Assembly (NCBI RefSeq): GCF_006345805.1
Contig: NC_043003.1
Coordinates: 97,712,001-97,776,000 of the forward strand
DNA from: Octopus sinensis
Lineage: Eukaryota
Length of the DNA stretch: 64,000 nucleotides
Direction: 5' to 3'
The notes under the pieces were generated by a model that saw only the letters and a list, made by a program, of their open reading frames with translations, was not told the DNA's origin and searched no databases. Positions 1 through 11,956 of this stretch are shown here, one piece after another. Made by a program: the position numbers and the translations under genes. The number at the start of each line of letters is the position of its first letter. The first letter of the stretch is position 1.

Positions 1-414
1 CTTTCTAACAATTCGAGTAAGAGTCCAATGGTTCCTATCTGAAAGTTTTGGTTTTCTTCTGGTGTTTTGTTTCAATGTGGAGGTTTTTCCCTCTTTCTCA
101 AAGGCTGTCATTACTTTCGAGACAGTACTTCTTGATACACCAAACATTTCGGTTGTTTTCCTTACTCTAGCACCTGCCATATGAGCACCAACAATTTGAC
201 CTCTTTGAAAACTCAATAGATCTGTCATTTTAATGAATTTTAATACCTTTTTTGGATATGTGAAAAGAAACAGCAATTTTAGCGAAACATATTAAGCAAT
301 ACTAATAATAAATAAAAAAGACATAAAAATAAACAAGCTTTTGACGGTTTTATAGATATTTCAAAATTATGATGCTATGATTCTAGGTATTTCCATTATT
401 TTGTCCAACCCCTG
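1..414 (-). mobile_element. Tc1-like DNA transposon, left end and N-terminal transposase relic
   Basis: Minus strand from ATG at 228: MTD..FQRGQIVGAHMAGARVRKTTEMFGVSRSTVSKVMTAFEKEGKT (Tc1 paired-like HTH, with a frameshift). Terminal CAGGGGTTGGACAAAATAATGGAAA abuts TA at 415. Confidence 0.85.
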
Positions 415-719
415 TATATATATATACATACCTTTATGAATACACGCGTGCACACACATGAGTGAAAAATGCATTAAATACTACAAAACATAAACGTAGG
501 ACAGACACTAATTCTTCATCAGATCAAAAATACTAATAGTCAGTTTCGTGCTTTTAACAACAAGATTGAGAACCTTGTATATCGGCAGCACCCGCAAGAT
601 TTGCGTAGAATTAGGGCTTGAGCAAACAAGACAATACAGGGTGGAAATACAAAAGTAAACAAATATAATTTGAAATGATAGACAAAGAAGGAATAGATAC
701 AACCTTTCGGTCAAACACT

Positions 720-860
720 AGAATTTTAGCGGAACATATTAAGCAATACTAATAATAGATTAAAAAACATAAAAATAAGCAAGCTTTTGACAGTTTTATC
801 AATATTTCAAAATTATGATGCTCTGATGCTAGCTGTTTCCATTATTTTGTCCAACCCCTG
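720..860. mobile_element. Second copy of the same Tc1 terminal segment, direct orientation
   Basis: About 140 nt similar to 275-414, ending CCAACCCCTG|TA. Confidence 0.8.
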
Positions 861-1310
861 TATATATATATATATGTATATATATCAAATGAGTCAACCC
901 TAGTACTTGTTTGTTTTAAGCCTGGTATTCATTCTATCAGTCTCTTTTGTTGAACTGCTAAGTTACAAGGCTGTAAACACACCAACACCGGTTGTGAAGC
1001 AGTGTTAGGGGACAAAGACATACACAGTAACATGCACACATATATATATATACCTATATACATACAACAGGCTTCTTTCAGCTTTCATCTACCAAATCTA
1101 CTCACAATGTTTTGGTCAGCCCAAGGCTATAATAGAAGACACTTGCCCAAGATGGCATGCATTGGGAATATATATAAATATATGTATGTGTGTCTGTATA
1201 TATATATATTTATGTATATATGTATGTATAAGTACATATGTGTGTGTGTGTGTATATATGTATGTATGTGTATATATATGTATGTGTGTGTATGTATGTA
1301 TGAAGGTATC

Positions 1311-1510
1311 TCTTTTACTCTTTTACTTGTTTCAGTCATTTGACTGCAACCATGCTGGAGCACCGCCTTTAATCGAGCAACTCGACCCTGGGACTTATTC
1401 TTTGTAAGCCCAGCACTTATTCTATTGGTCTCTTTTGCTGAACCGCTAAGTGAAGGGGACATAAACACACCAGCATCGGTTGTCAAGCAATGTTGGGGGA
1501 ACTAACACAG

Positions 1511-1545
<35 letters not shown>

Positions 1546-1708
1546 CATATATACGATGGGCTTCTTTCAGTTTCCGTCTACCAGATCCACTCACAAGGCT
1601 TTGGTCAGCCCAAGGCTGTAGTAGAAGACACTTGCCCAAGGTGCCATGCAGTGGGACTGAACTCGGAACCATGTGGTTGGTAAGCAAACTACTTGCCACA
1701 CAGCCACT
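1311..1708 (-). mobile_element. Dimeric tRNA-derived SINE (family A; Twin-like octopus SINE); a partial copy also lies at ~895-1160
   Basis: A box TGGCTGTGTGGT and B box GGTTCAGTCC on the minus strand, internal (TA)n/(TG)n spacer, right arm ending in (GTAAAAGA)n. Confidence 0.85.
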
Positions 1709-1743
1709 ATATATATATATGTATATTTATATATATTCACATA

Positions 1744-1877
1744 CAGTTTTTAGATTCCGTGCTGCTTCAAGTTTCGCAAGCCCCTAATAGAGGCTGGAGG
1801 GATCCCACCAGCCAGTGGAGACAGGCTCCATTATGGACTTGCAAAACTTGAACTAGCACGGAATCTGAATCAAGCTG
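1744..1877. mobile_element. Small MITE
   Basis: Inverted repeats AGATTCCGTGCTGCTTCAAGTTTCGCAAG (1752-1780) and CTTGCAAAACTTGAACTAGCACGGAATCT (1838-1866), extending loosely to CAG...CTG ends. Confidence 0.75.
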
Positions 1878-1911
1878 TTTTGAATAATCCATGTAACACC
1901 CAATGAGTACA

Positions 1912-1972
<61 letters not shown>

Positions 1973-1975
<3 letters not shown>

Positions 1976-2185
1976 TCTTTATCTTTTATTAAACTTTTAA
2001 TACTTTTGATATATATTTAAATAATATAAATTAATTAATTTTATGTATTGGCTTATGTTTTTCATTGTTTGATTTGCCTAATAGTGGTTTTATCTCTAAT
2101 TTAATATAATATAATATATTTATACTATAAAATTGGATTTAATCCTAAATCTAATTTTTCCCTGTAAGTTTGGATTTATTCCCTA
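1973..2185 (+). mobile_element. AT-rich dispersed repeat, same family as 56881-57140 (opposite orientation)
   Basis: 1973-2110 is the near-identical reverse complement of 56881-57020. Confidence 0.8.
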
Positions 2186-2337
2186 ATATTTTATTATATA
2201 TATATACACACACACGCACACACATATATATATATAAGTATGTATACATATACATACATACACTTGCATGCATATCTTTATCCAATTTTTTTTATTCTAC
2301 TTGCAGATTTATCTAAATCTACCCAGTCCTGTCAAGG

Positions 2338-2487
2338 ATGGGTAAGAAGGCAGATGGCAAACCACGCAGTCGTTCAACATCTTACATGTTCTTTGTGAAG
2401 ATTTGTCGGGAAGAACATGAGAAACAGCATCCCGGTGTTAAGTTAGATTTTAAAGAATTTTTACGGAAATGTTCAGAAAGATGGAAG
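2338..2487 (+). CDS. HMGB: HMGB-family protein, coding exon 1 (HMG box A, N-terminal part); exon starts at 2307
   Basis: TTGCAG acceptor ending 2306, ATG 2338, reads MGKKADGKPRSRSTSYMFFVKICREEHEKQHPGVKLDFKEFLRKCSERWK, then GT donor at 2488 (phase 0, 150 nt). Aligns to the HMGB1 box A motif [20 protein letters not shown]...CSERWK. Confidence 0.95.
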
Positions 2488-2718
2488 GTGTGATACTAAT
2501 TACTTTTTTCTTTTTTTCTTTGCTTGTTAACATTTATTTTGCTTACGGAGATGTACTTGCAGAGCAAGTGATTTGATCTGAGATCGTGTGCTGAAACGAA
2601 AACAATTGCAGCGTGGAAGGTGTTTATAAGCCATTTAAGAAACACACAAGAGCCGTTCGATTCACTTCAACATTTAAGTTTAATCCTGAATGTTTGAAAT
2701 CCCAAATGACTAGAATCT

Positions 2719-2900
2719 GTGGCACGTAAAAAGCACCCACTACAGTCACGGAGTGGTTGGCATTAGGAAGGGCATCCAGCTGTAGAAACACTGCCAGATC
2801 AGACTGGATCCTGGTGCAGCCTCCTGGCTTCCCAGATCCCCGGTCGAACCATCCAACCCATGCTAGCATGGAAAACGGATGTTAAACGATGATGATGATG
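2719..2900 (+). mobile_element. 5'-truncated RTE-LINE 3' UTR / SINE-like element with (GAT)n tail (family C)
   Basis: GGCACGTAAAAAGCACCC...GGCATTAGGAAGGGCATCCAGC...GTTAAACGATGATGATG. Further copies at ~10680-11042(+), 15140-15335(+), 23500-23760(-), 29955-30200(-), 32090-32240(-), 41840-42020(-), 43197-43410(-), 46120-46310(+), 46640-47000(-), 51160-51480(+), 52430-52688(+), 55990-56165(-). Confidence 0.85.
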
Positions 2901-3396
2901 ATACATCTTTACAAGTTCATCTCAGACTACATTAAGTTTAAGTTTGATTTATTTTGTTATATACATAAATACACACACACACACACATGAACACTGCTAC
3001 ATATATATATACAAATATGTATATTTGTATGTATATATGTATATGGATTGGATATAGCTGGTTTAAAATGCAAGATGTCAGCAATGCTTATTCATAAGGT
3101 TATTGCATCATAGTTGGCTTCTCCTGGGCTCACACCTGTGAATTCCATTGCTTTCCACTGGTGATTGTGCCACCTAAAATTTTAGACCCAATAAAGCTTG
3201 CACAATATCTCACTCACTCTCTTCACTCTGTTAACATGACTCACAGACATGCCAAGGCAAGATATCCCGTGCTAATATGAGTCACCAGCTCAGGAATGCA
3301 AGAGTGCCATTATCTCCAGCACAAGCAAATGGTCCCCAAAATGTCCATTCCCATTCCCTACACATCCGGTTTTAAATCAGAGTGACCTTCTCATAT

Positions 3397-3610
3397 GGCG
3401 GCGAGCTGGCAAAAACGTTAGCATGCCAGGCAAATGCTTAGCAGTATTTCGTCTGTCTTTATGTTCTGAGTTCAAATTCTGCTGAGGTCAACTTTGCCTG
3501 TCATCCTTTTGGGGGGTCGATAAATTAAGTACCAGTTGTATACTGGGGTTCAATCTAATCAACTGGCTCCCTCCCACAAAATTTCAGGCCTTGTGCCTAG
3601 AGTAGAAAAG
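3397..3610 (+). mobile_element. Monomeric tRNA-derived SINE (family B)
   Basis: GGCGGCGAGCTGGCA...GAGTTCAAATTC head and central GCCTTTCATCCTTTCGGGGTCGATAAATTAAGTACCAG-type domain. Other copies at ~7845-8012(+), 21096-21302(-), 44830-45282(-, two), 52146-52371(+), 58851-59320(+, interrupted). Confidence 0.85.
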
Positions 3611-4138
3611 AGTGACCTCATACACCCATACATACATACATACATACATACATACATGCATACACACAGACACATAAATGCTAGCAAACAAAATTAATCT
3701 ATATTATCTATTAAATTATCTATAAATACATGTATTATATACACTCCTAATTTTAATCTTAATTTTAGTGAAAAAAATGTGTGTATTGTACATAGGTTTT
3801 TTCCTGTAATTGTTGATATGTCTGGAATGGCCTTCCTAGTGTTGACCAATTCAGCTGTGAAATTAGGATCAGAGTCTATATTTTATTCAGTAAGACAAAC
3901 CAGTGCAAGTAGAGTTATGTCTATTGTTCTGTACACAGCACAGTTCACAGCATCTATTGTTCAGTACACTGCAGGCAGATTTAAACTTAGGATCCTGTCA
4001 TCACTTGTCCAATATTATTAATTAAATTATTGACTACACCTCCTCATTGATATGTTCTTGAATTATTGAGTAACTAGCCAATCTTTGAGTCTTTTGCATT
4101 TTGCCATTGGCAGTGCGCTTTTTCTATAATAAAAATAT

Positions 4139-4550
4139 ACTCTTTACTCTTTTACTCTTTTACTTGTTTCAGTCATTTGACTGCGGCCATGCTGGAGCAC
4201 CGCCTTTAGTCGAGCAAATCGACCCTGGGACTTATTCATTTGTAAGCCTAGTACTTATTCTATCGGTCTCTTTTGCTGAACCGCTAAGTGACGGGGACGT
4301 AAAGACACCAGCATTGGTTGTCAAGCAATGCTAGGGAGACAAACACAGACACACAAACACATACACACATACATATATATATATACATATATACGACAGG
4401 CTTCTTTTAGTTTCCGTCTACCAAATCCACTCACAAGACATTGGTCGGCCCGGGGCTATAGCAGAAGACATTTGCCCAAGATGCCACGCAGGGGACTGAA
4501 CCTGGAACCATGTGGTTGGTTAGCAAGCTACTTACCACACAGCCACTCCT
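4139..4550 (-). mobile_element. Dimeric SINE family A, full length
   Basis: Same two-arm structure with (TA)n spacer and (CTTTTACT)n tail. Confidence 0.88.
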
Positions 4551-4910
4551 GCGCCTATGTTTGTATTATAATCCTGAATGCTTGAAATCCCAAATGACTA
4601 GAATCTAGAAAGTATACATCTTTACAAGTTTACCTCAGACTACATTATCCAATATGCTCTTCCTTTTTTCCAAAGATGGTTGGATATAATTTGAGAGAGA
4701 TTTGGCTGCTATTTTCAGCAGACCTAGAATTTACCATAGCATAGTGGTATAATTCACCACTAAGTATTAGCCTGTAAAACTAAGTAATATTGAGATCAAT
4801 CCTTGCTTCAAGCCCTCTGCAGGGAAAGTTAACTTGCAATAGACTAATATCCTATCAAGGGGAAGATTTACTTCTCATCAGGCCTAGCAAGATCTGTGAC
4901 AGATGTACTA

Positions 4911-5299
4911 GAAGATGCTCGACCTTTATTCTCTAGAAAAACGCCGTCGCTGTGGTGATCTCATTCTCGCTCACAACATCATAAGCAGAAAGTGTAACCT
5001 CTCGAAAGAGCTGTTCTTCACTCCTGATCCAGAGCGTCGGCTGCGGGGTCACTCTGAAAAGCTCTATCTGCGACGATTTCACCTCAATCGAAGAAGGGCT
5101 TTCTCCGTCTAGGTTGCAGATCCGTGGAATAAGCTGCCGGACAAGATAGTGAAGATGCCAACGACTGCTCGGTTCAAAGTCTCTCTTGACCAGAAATGGC
5201 CTGAACTCTTTGCATGAACACCCTCCCTGTACATAACTCCATGTCCCCCTACATGGCCTTGCTTTTTGCTTTTTGAGCCAAAAAATTAACTTAACTTAA
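4911..5299 (+). mobile_element. CR1-like LINE 3' end
   Basis: MLDLYSLEKRRRCGDLILAHNII...RLRGHSEKL...RRAFSV.V...WNKLP (CR1-type C-terminus), tail (TTAAC)n. Confidence 0.85.
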
Positions 5300-5394
5300 T
5301 TTAGTCCCAGTGTATCCACAGACATGTGACCTTATGGTTAACTTTTTTATACCAACCTATCTGAGTCTACATCTGGTTCAATGGTATCTTTTAT

Positions 5395-6042
5395 TTTTTA
5401 ATTGTTTCAGTCATTAGACTGTGGCCATCCTGGGGCACTGCCTGGAAGAATTTTTAGTTGAATGAATTGACCCTAGTACTTTTTTTACTTTTTAATTTTT
5501 AAGCCTTGTACTTATTCTATTGTTCTTTTTGCTGAACTGCTAAGTTATGGGGACATAAACACACTAACACTGGGTGTCAAGCTGTGGTGGGGGACCAACA
5601 CAGGTACAATGACTCACATGCGCACATGCATGTGACTCACATGCGCACATGCACGCACACATATACAGGACAGGTTTCTTTCAGTTTCTGTCTACCAAAT
5701 CCATTCACAAGGTTTTGGTTAGGCCAAAGCAATAATAGTAGAGGACACTTGCCCAAGGTGCCACACAGTGAGATGAACCTGGAACCACGTGGTTGGGAAG
5801 CAAGCTTCTTACCACACACCCATGCCTACAAACTTTCTGTTTACTCTTTTACTTGTTTCAGCCATTTGACTTTGGCCATGCTAGAGCACCGCCTTTTAGT
5901 TGAGCAAATCGACTCCAGGACTTTTTCTTTGCAAGCCTAGTACTTATTCTACCGGTCTCTTTTGCTGAACCGCTAAGTTACAGGGACGTAAACACACCAG
6001 CATCGGTTGTCAAGCAATGTTGGGGGGACAAACACAGACACA

Positions 6043-6098
<56 letters not shown>

Positions 6099-6257
6099 TA
6101 CATATATACAATGGGCTTCTTTCAGTTTTCGTCTTCCAAATCCACTTGCAAGGCTTTGGTCGGCCTGAGGCTATAGTACAAGAGACTTGCACAAGGTGCC
6201 ACACAGTGGGACTGAACCTGGAACCATGTGGTTGGTAAGCAAGCTACTTACCACACA
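5395..6257 (-). mobile_element. Two tandem family-A SINEs (older 5395-5826, younger 5841-6257)
   Basis: Both arms are recognisable in each copy; (CA)n spacer. Confidence 0.8.
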
Positions 6258-6373
6258 TCCAAACCTTAGTATTCTAAATTAAAATTTACATCAAAAATTT
6301 CGTGTTCATTTATGTTTCAAACACCAACTTAGATCCTCATTACTATTTTATCATGGTAAAATTTTCCCTTTAG

Positions 6374-6528
6374 GACATGTTACCTATGGAAAAGAAACTG
6401 TTTGAAGAGATGGCTCAGAAAGACAAGATTCGGTATGACAATGAAATGGCTAACTATGTGCCACCCCCTGGTGAAATTAAACGGAAACGGAAACAAGTTA
6501 AAGACCCGAATGCTCCGAAACGTTGTCT
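6374..6528 (+). CDS. HMGB: HMGB-family protein, coding exon 2 (end of box A, basic linker, start of box B)
   Basis: TTTAG acceptor, reads [51 protein letters not shown](L), GTGAGT donor at 6529; 155 nt, phase 0 to 2; contains the KDPNAPKR hallmark. Confidence 0.95.
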
Positions 6529-6705
6529 GTGAGTGGAAGTTTACTATATTCTCTGGAAATTTTTCAAACTTTATTTTCTATTATTTCTTTTAATTCATTA
6601 TTTTGCATCTTGTATATAGAGACATATGTGTAAGTATCATCATCATCATCATTGTCATCATCATCATCATTAAATATCTGTTTTCCATGCTTGCATGTGT
6701 GCATG

Positions 6706-6753
<48 letters not shown>

Positions 6754-6968
6754 GGGTGGCGAATACTCATTATAAATATCACCACCATTGGCCTAGCATG
6801 TATAAAAAGTCAATAGACAACATATTCGTATTTCAAAATAGAAAATTACCCTTTAACAGGTAATTTTACATGCTAGAAATAGCAGCCAACACAGCCAAAA
6901 ACCACAATTTTATAGCAAATTTCGAAATAAATGAAAAATAAAAACCTTTACCCTATATATATATATAT

Positions 6969-7000
<32 letters not shown>

Positions 7001-8359
7001 GTGTAGGTAGATAGAGAGATAGATATTTATTTGTATATATGTATGTGTATATATATATATGTCCAGTTTAGCATCATCACCTGCCTTTAGAACAGCCCAC
7101 TCTGTTACAAGCACTCTGGCCAAGTTTCTGGTCTGAGGATAATTCACACCAGTTTTGGAAACTGTGACGAGGGTCATGGGTACTACTCTGTCTTCTGTGA
7201 TTAAGCATCATAAAAAAAAAAAAGTTCTATTGAAATCTTCTGCGTTACTAACTCTTTATCCGCAACTCATCGTATTAGTGTTTTCTGACATATAAGCCAA
7301 CATAGAGTATGAAATAAACATGTAGTATAATCATTCAAACATTGTTACCATCTTTCCAAATCCTGTTGCATTTCACTTGGAATTTTTGGCAACTTTGGTT
7401 AGAAAAATTCAACTTGTATCCTGGAAAACATTGTAATAACAAACAAATTGTTCTTAGTATTGTTATTGAGGCTCTCCAGGAAGTTCTGTTCAAGCAAGCC
7501 TAAACTATGCAGGTAGTCAATCAATTATTTTCAGAGGGTATGGGATTTTTTTTCTTTTTCCATTTTCAAATGGTTTGGTCTGAGGGAAGGAACTGTGAGT
7601 GTGGTTCTTGCAGGTCCTCTGACATTGGTGAAACTAATGCAGTTAATGTTCTTGTTGAACATGAGTCAGTCAACAACAGTAGGAAAAACACTGGCAAGGG
7701 AGGAATTCCACATGGATAACATTCAATGTAGAAGAACTGGGATAAGTGATATGGTGTGGATCCTGGTGATGGTAGTGGTAGACACAATATGGATAATGAG
7801 GGGGAGGAAAGCGGAGTGAGTCACATGTGTCTAAGTGAAGGTGGTATACTTCCGAGTTCAAATTCCGCTGAGGTCGACTTTGCCTTTCATCCTTTCGGGG
7901 TCGATAGATTAAGTACCAGTTACGCACTGGGGTCGATGTAATCGACTTAATCCGTTTGTCTGTCCTTGTTTGTCCTGTCTGTGTTTAGCCCCTTGTGGGT
8001 TGTAAAGAAATTGGTATGTAATCAGTGGGCTCAGAGAGAGGCCACTGTCATAGTGATAGAAAAGACAGATGGGGGTAAACTACATATTTAGGGACCAAAA
8101 GTAGGAGTATGTTGGTTGTGTGATTTCCTGCCAAGTGGTTACATGTCTTTTATTTTAAAAATTTTGTTTTTAATGCTATCTCAGACATTTGTATGTGTAG
8201 CAGTAGCATCATTAACCTTCTGCTCTGCCGTGCAATAAGATTGTTACATGAGAAACTGTGTACAAGTTGGAGCATGTTCAGTGTATTTTGCCTCCTTGTT
8301 TGTTCATATATTGGGAACCGTTGATGCCTTAAGATAACCCTTTACCTATCCAAAGTATT

Positions 8360-8762
8360 TAAGTTAAGTTAAGTTAATTTTTTGGTTCAAAAAGCAAAAA
8401 GCAAGGCCATGAAGGGGGACATGGAGTTATGTACAGGGAGGGTGTTCATGCAAAGAGTTCAGGCCATTTCTGGTCAAGAGAGACTTTGAACCGAGCGGTC
8501 GTCGGTATCTTCACTATCTCGTCCGGCAGCTTATTCCACGGATCCACAACCCGGATGGAGAAAGCCCCTCTCCTTTGATTGAGATGAAATCATCGCAGAT
8601 AGAGCTTTTCGGAGTGACCCCGCAGCCGACGTTCTGGAGCAGGAGTGAAGAACAGCTCTTTCGAGAGGTTACACTTTCCGCTTATGATGTGAGCAAGAAT
8701 GAGATCACCATGGCGTCGTCGTTTTTCTAGAGAATAAAGGTCGAGCATCTTCAGCCTTTCTA
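8360..8762 (-). mobile_element. CR1-like LINE 3' end, inverted partner of 4911-5299
   Basis: ERLKMLDLYSLEKRRRHGDLILAHIISGKCNL...; roughly 90% identical by eye to the reverse complement of 4911-5299; same (TTAAC)n tail. Confidence 0.87.
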
Positions 8763-9724
8763 TTAGTTTGTTCTTAATATCCATTCTTGTTTTCAGACTT
8801 TTAGTTAGCCCTTGTTTTATACATTCAGAGTAATATAAAACTTTCTTTTCATAAGTACCAAGGTACTCTGGTAGTTAAAAAGAATTGGTAATGTGTATCA
8901 TTTATGATGCATGGACACCTGGGAAATGCATCCTGTGTGTCTCATGTTACACAGGACAGAGAAAGGGTTAGTAATTAATTACATAACTAATTAAAAGAGT
9001 TGAGATGTTTCTTATTCTTTTGTCTGTACTGCATCTCTCCATAGCCAAAACACTTAAGCCTCATGTGCTTAGTTCATCTAGCTTTAACACGTTGTTGTTT
9101 AGATTCATATCAGCTTTGATAGTGTAAACAGATCTCTGATCAAAGGCCATTCTGGCTACGATCATATCTGATATATCCTAGATTCTGATATTCTGATATT
9201 CTAGATTCTGATGTTCTGATATTCTAGAATAGTGTACCTAGGACAATATTATTTAATGTATTCTTATTTAAGATGACAGTGAATGGTTGGAGGAAGATGT
9301 GCCTGCTATTTCTAGCAGGTCAAATGACCTCATAGGAATTTCTTCTTACCTCTGTAAGTAGTGGCACTCTTGTGTAATTTATGTATGTTATATTGGTGTG
9401 TAGTGTTATGATCAATTACACTTGTGGAAAAATATATGTCTATAAGAGGCCAGCTACAGATCCAGAAGATTTATCTCCCTTCATTGCAAAACCTTAGCAA
9501 CTAACCTTGTGGATTCTTGTGATTCAAATAGGGTTAGGGTTGTGCAGTTGAAGATCCTAATGGTAACTGCAATGAATACAAAGTAAGATGGAGCTCAAAT
9601 TCTATTTGACATGTTGTTACCTTGGAATTTTTAAGATATGGTTAGCAGTCCTTAGAAAAGAATAGTACTCAAATACCGAGGGTAGAGTAATATGTTTTTA
9701 TTAAAGCTGCAAAATTATTACAAG

Positions 9725-9764
9725 ACTGTTACTCAGAGTTTCATGTTTCTGTTCGTTGGACAGT
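9725..9764 (-). ncRNA. Decayed minimal type I hammerhead-like motif in a short repeat (~9655-9765)
   Basis: Minus strand ACUGU-CCAACGA-ACAGAAACAU-GAA-ACUC-U-GAGU-A-ACAGU: 5-bp helix I, helix III and GUA site are intact; core has U4C and G5A; helix II is eroded. Confidence 0.5.
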
Positions 9765-9971
9765 TGAGATGAAAACTGATCACAACCATCTAGTGTACGG
9801 GTAGCTTTAATAAAGTATATACATATATATATCATCATCATCATTATCATCATTTAATGTCTATTTTCCATGTTGGCATGGATTGGATGGTTTGATAGGG
9901 GCTTGTTAGGCAGAAGATTACACTACGCTTCACTGTTTGTTTTATACACATACACACACACAGAACGAGAG

Positions 9972-10006
<35 letters not shown>

Positions 10007-10290
10007 ATGCAGACAGTATTTGTATGTTGATTGTCTCAGGAAAATATAAAACAATGTTTTTATTTTTTTGAGATATATTTGTCAAATTTGGGCCAGTTTT
10101 GTCTTCATGACGTGTTCTGTCTATCTCACTCAATGAAACCATCTTTGGCCTTGATGACAGCTTCCAGGCAATCTCAAAACTGGCCACAGACCATTGTCAC
10201 TATCTCCTGTCTTATTTACCTCTGCTCCTTATATTACAGTCACATTAATTTATCTTACATCTTCTCTTCCATTTCTATTTTCATTTTCAG

Positions 10291-10465
10291 CTCAGCGTTT
10301 TTCATCTTCTGTAAGGACCACAGAGCAAAGCTGATTGAAGAAAAACCAGAATTAAAAGTATCTGAAGTGGCTACACTGCTGGGAAAGATGTGGAAATTGT
10401 CGACACCTGAGGTGAAGAAATCATATGAAGAAAGAGCAGCACAAGATAGAAAACGATATGAGAAG
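10291..10465 (+). CDS. HMGB: HMGB-family protein, coding exon 3 (HMG box B)
   Basis: TTTTCAG acceptor, reads SAFFIFCKDHRAKLIEEKPELKVSEVATLLGKMWKLSTPEVKKSYEERAAQDRKRYEK, GTAATT donor at 10466; 175 nt, phase 2 to 0, frame-compatible with both neighbours. Confidence 0.95.
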
Positions 10466-11619
10466 GTAATTGTTTTGTTTGTTCAAGAGTTTTATATCAA
10501 AGCAAGTATGGCTGTGTGGTTAAGATGTTTGCTTCACAACCACACATTTTGGGTTCAATCCCACTGTCTTCTACTATAGTCCTAAGCTGACCAAAGCCTT
10601 GTGAGTGTATTTGTCAGATGGAAACTGAAAGAATCCCATTATGTAAATTGTGTGTGTGTGTGTGTGTGTGAGTGTGCATGTGTGTATGTATATATGTATA
10701 TCAACATCAATGGAAATTGTAGCTGTGATACCAGTGCCGGTGGCACGTAAGAGAACCATCCGGACGTGGCCGTTGCCAGCCTCGCCTGGCCTCTGTGCCG
10801 GTGGCATGTAAAAAGCACCATCCGATCGTGACTGTTTGCCAGCCTTGTCTGGCATGTAAAAAGCACCCACTACACTCGCGGAGTGGTTGGCGTTAGGAAG
10901 GGCATCCAGCCATAGAAACATTGCCAGATCAGACAGGGCCTGGTGCAGCCTTCTGGCTTCCCAGACCCCAGTTGAACCGTCCAACCGATGCTAGCATGGA
11001 AAGCAGATGCTAAACGATGATGATGATGATGATGATGATGATGTAAGTGTGTATATTTGTGTTTCTTTATCTTGACATTGCATGACTGTTGTAAATTATT
11101 GTCCTTCATTTCTAGTATTCTGTAAAAGCATTTTCTGACCCAGGGGTAATATTGCCTTGCTTGCAAACAGTAGGGATTAGTGAAAGGAAGGACATCCAGC
11201 CATGGAAAAAGAAACTTCTTTTAAAAATATTGCACACCATCTCATTCTTGATTACATGAACTTTTAAATGCCAGTAAAGAGTTTGCATGAATGTATGTGC
11301 CAAGCATCCAGAAAAACAAAAATGATCTCTTTTTCTGAAGGGTAATTTTTATTCTTATTTTCACTTTAAATAAATACAAAACTATAGTAATTGTCAGTTT
11401 CTCTTCCAATAAAATTTACAATCTCCTTGTTGAAGAGTGCCATAGATTATTTACTTTTGTCTAATGACGGCTAAATCTATATAAAACTTTTGAAACATAA
11501 GTTGATGATGTCCTCTGTTCTCTAGTGAAACTTTGATTAATGATGTCCACTGTTTAATGGTTAAAATCAGCTGGAAAACTGTCCCCCTCCAGTGAAAGTA
11601 AGAATATGTATATTTCATT

Positions 11620-11925
11620 TACTGTTGTTATGATGGTGATAGTGGTGAGAAAGTGATTGTTATAGTGGTTAGGGCAATGGTGGTTCTTATGACGATGATG
11701 ATGATGATAGTGAAAGTGGTTGTTGTGGTAATGATGGTGTAGTAGGAATTGTTATGATAGTGTTTGTTGTGGTTGTGACAGTGGTGGTGGAGTGGTTATG
11801 GTTATGGTACTTGTTAAGATAGTGGGTGTTGTGGTGGTGGTGCTTGTTAGAATTGTTGTTGTTGTGATGATAGTGGTTGTTATTGTTATTGTTGTTGTGG
11901 TTGTGGTAGTGGTGGTTGCTGTGTG
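11620..11925 (+). repeat. Degenerate (GTT/GTG/GAT)n microsatellite upstream of the last HMGB exon
   Basis: Visible trinucleotide periodicity. Confidence 0.8.
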
Positions 11926-11956
11926 TTTATTAAGTCAATCTTTTTGTTAATTGCAG

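Noticed and set aside
505-560. CTGATGA and GAAAC on the minus strand near 510-550
   Set aside because: The order is reversed for type I and no convincing helices could be drawn for type II or III.
1002-1699. Recurrent short ORFs such as QASFSFRLPNPLTR, MVPGSVPL and LDALPNANHS across the window
   Set aside because: Translations of SINE/LINE-UTR consensus sequence, not genes.
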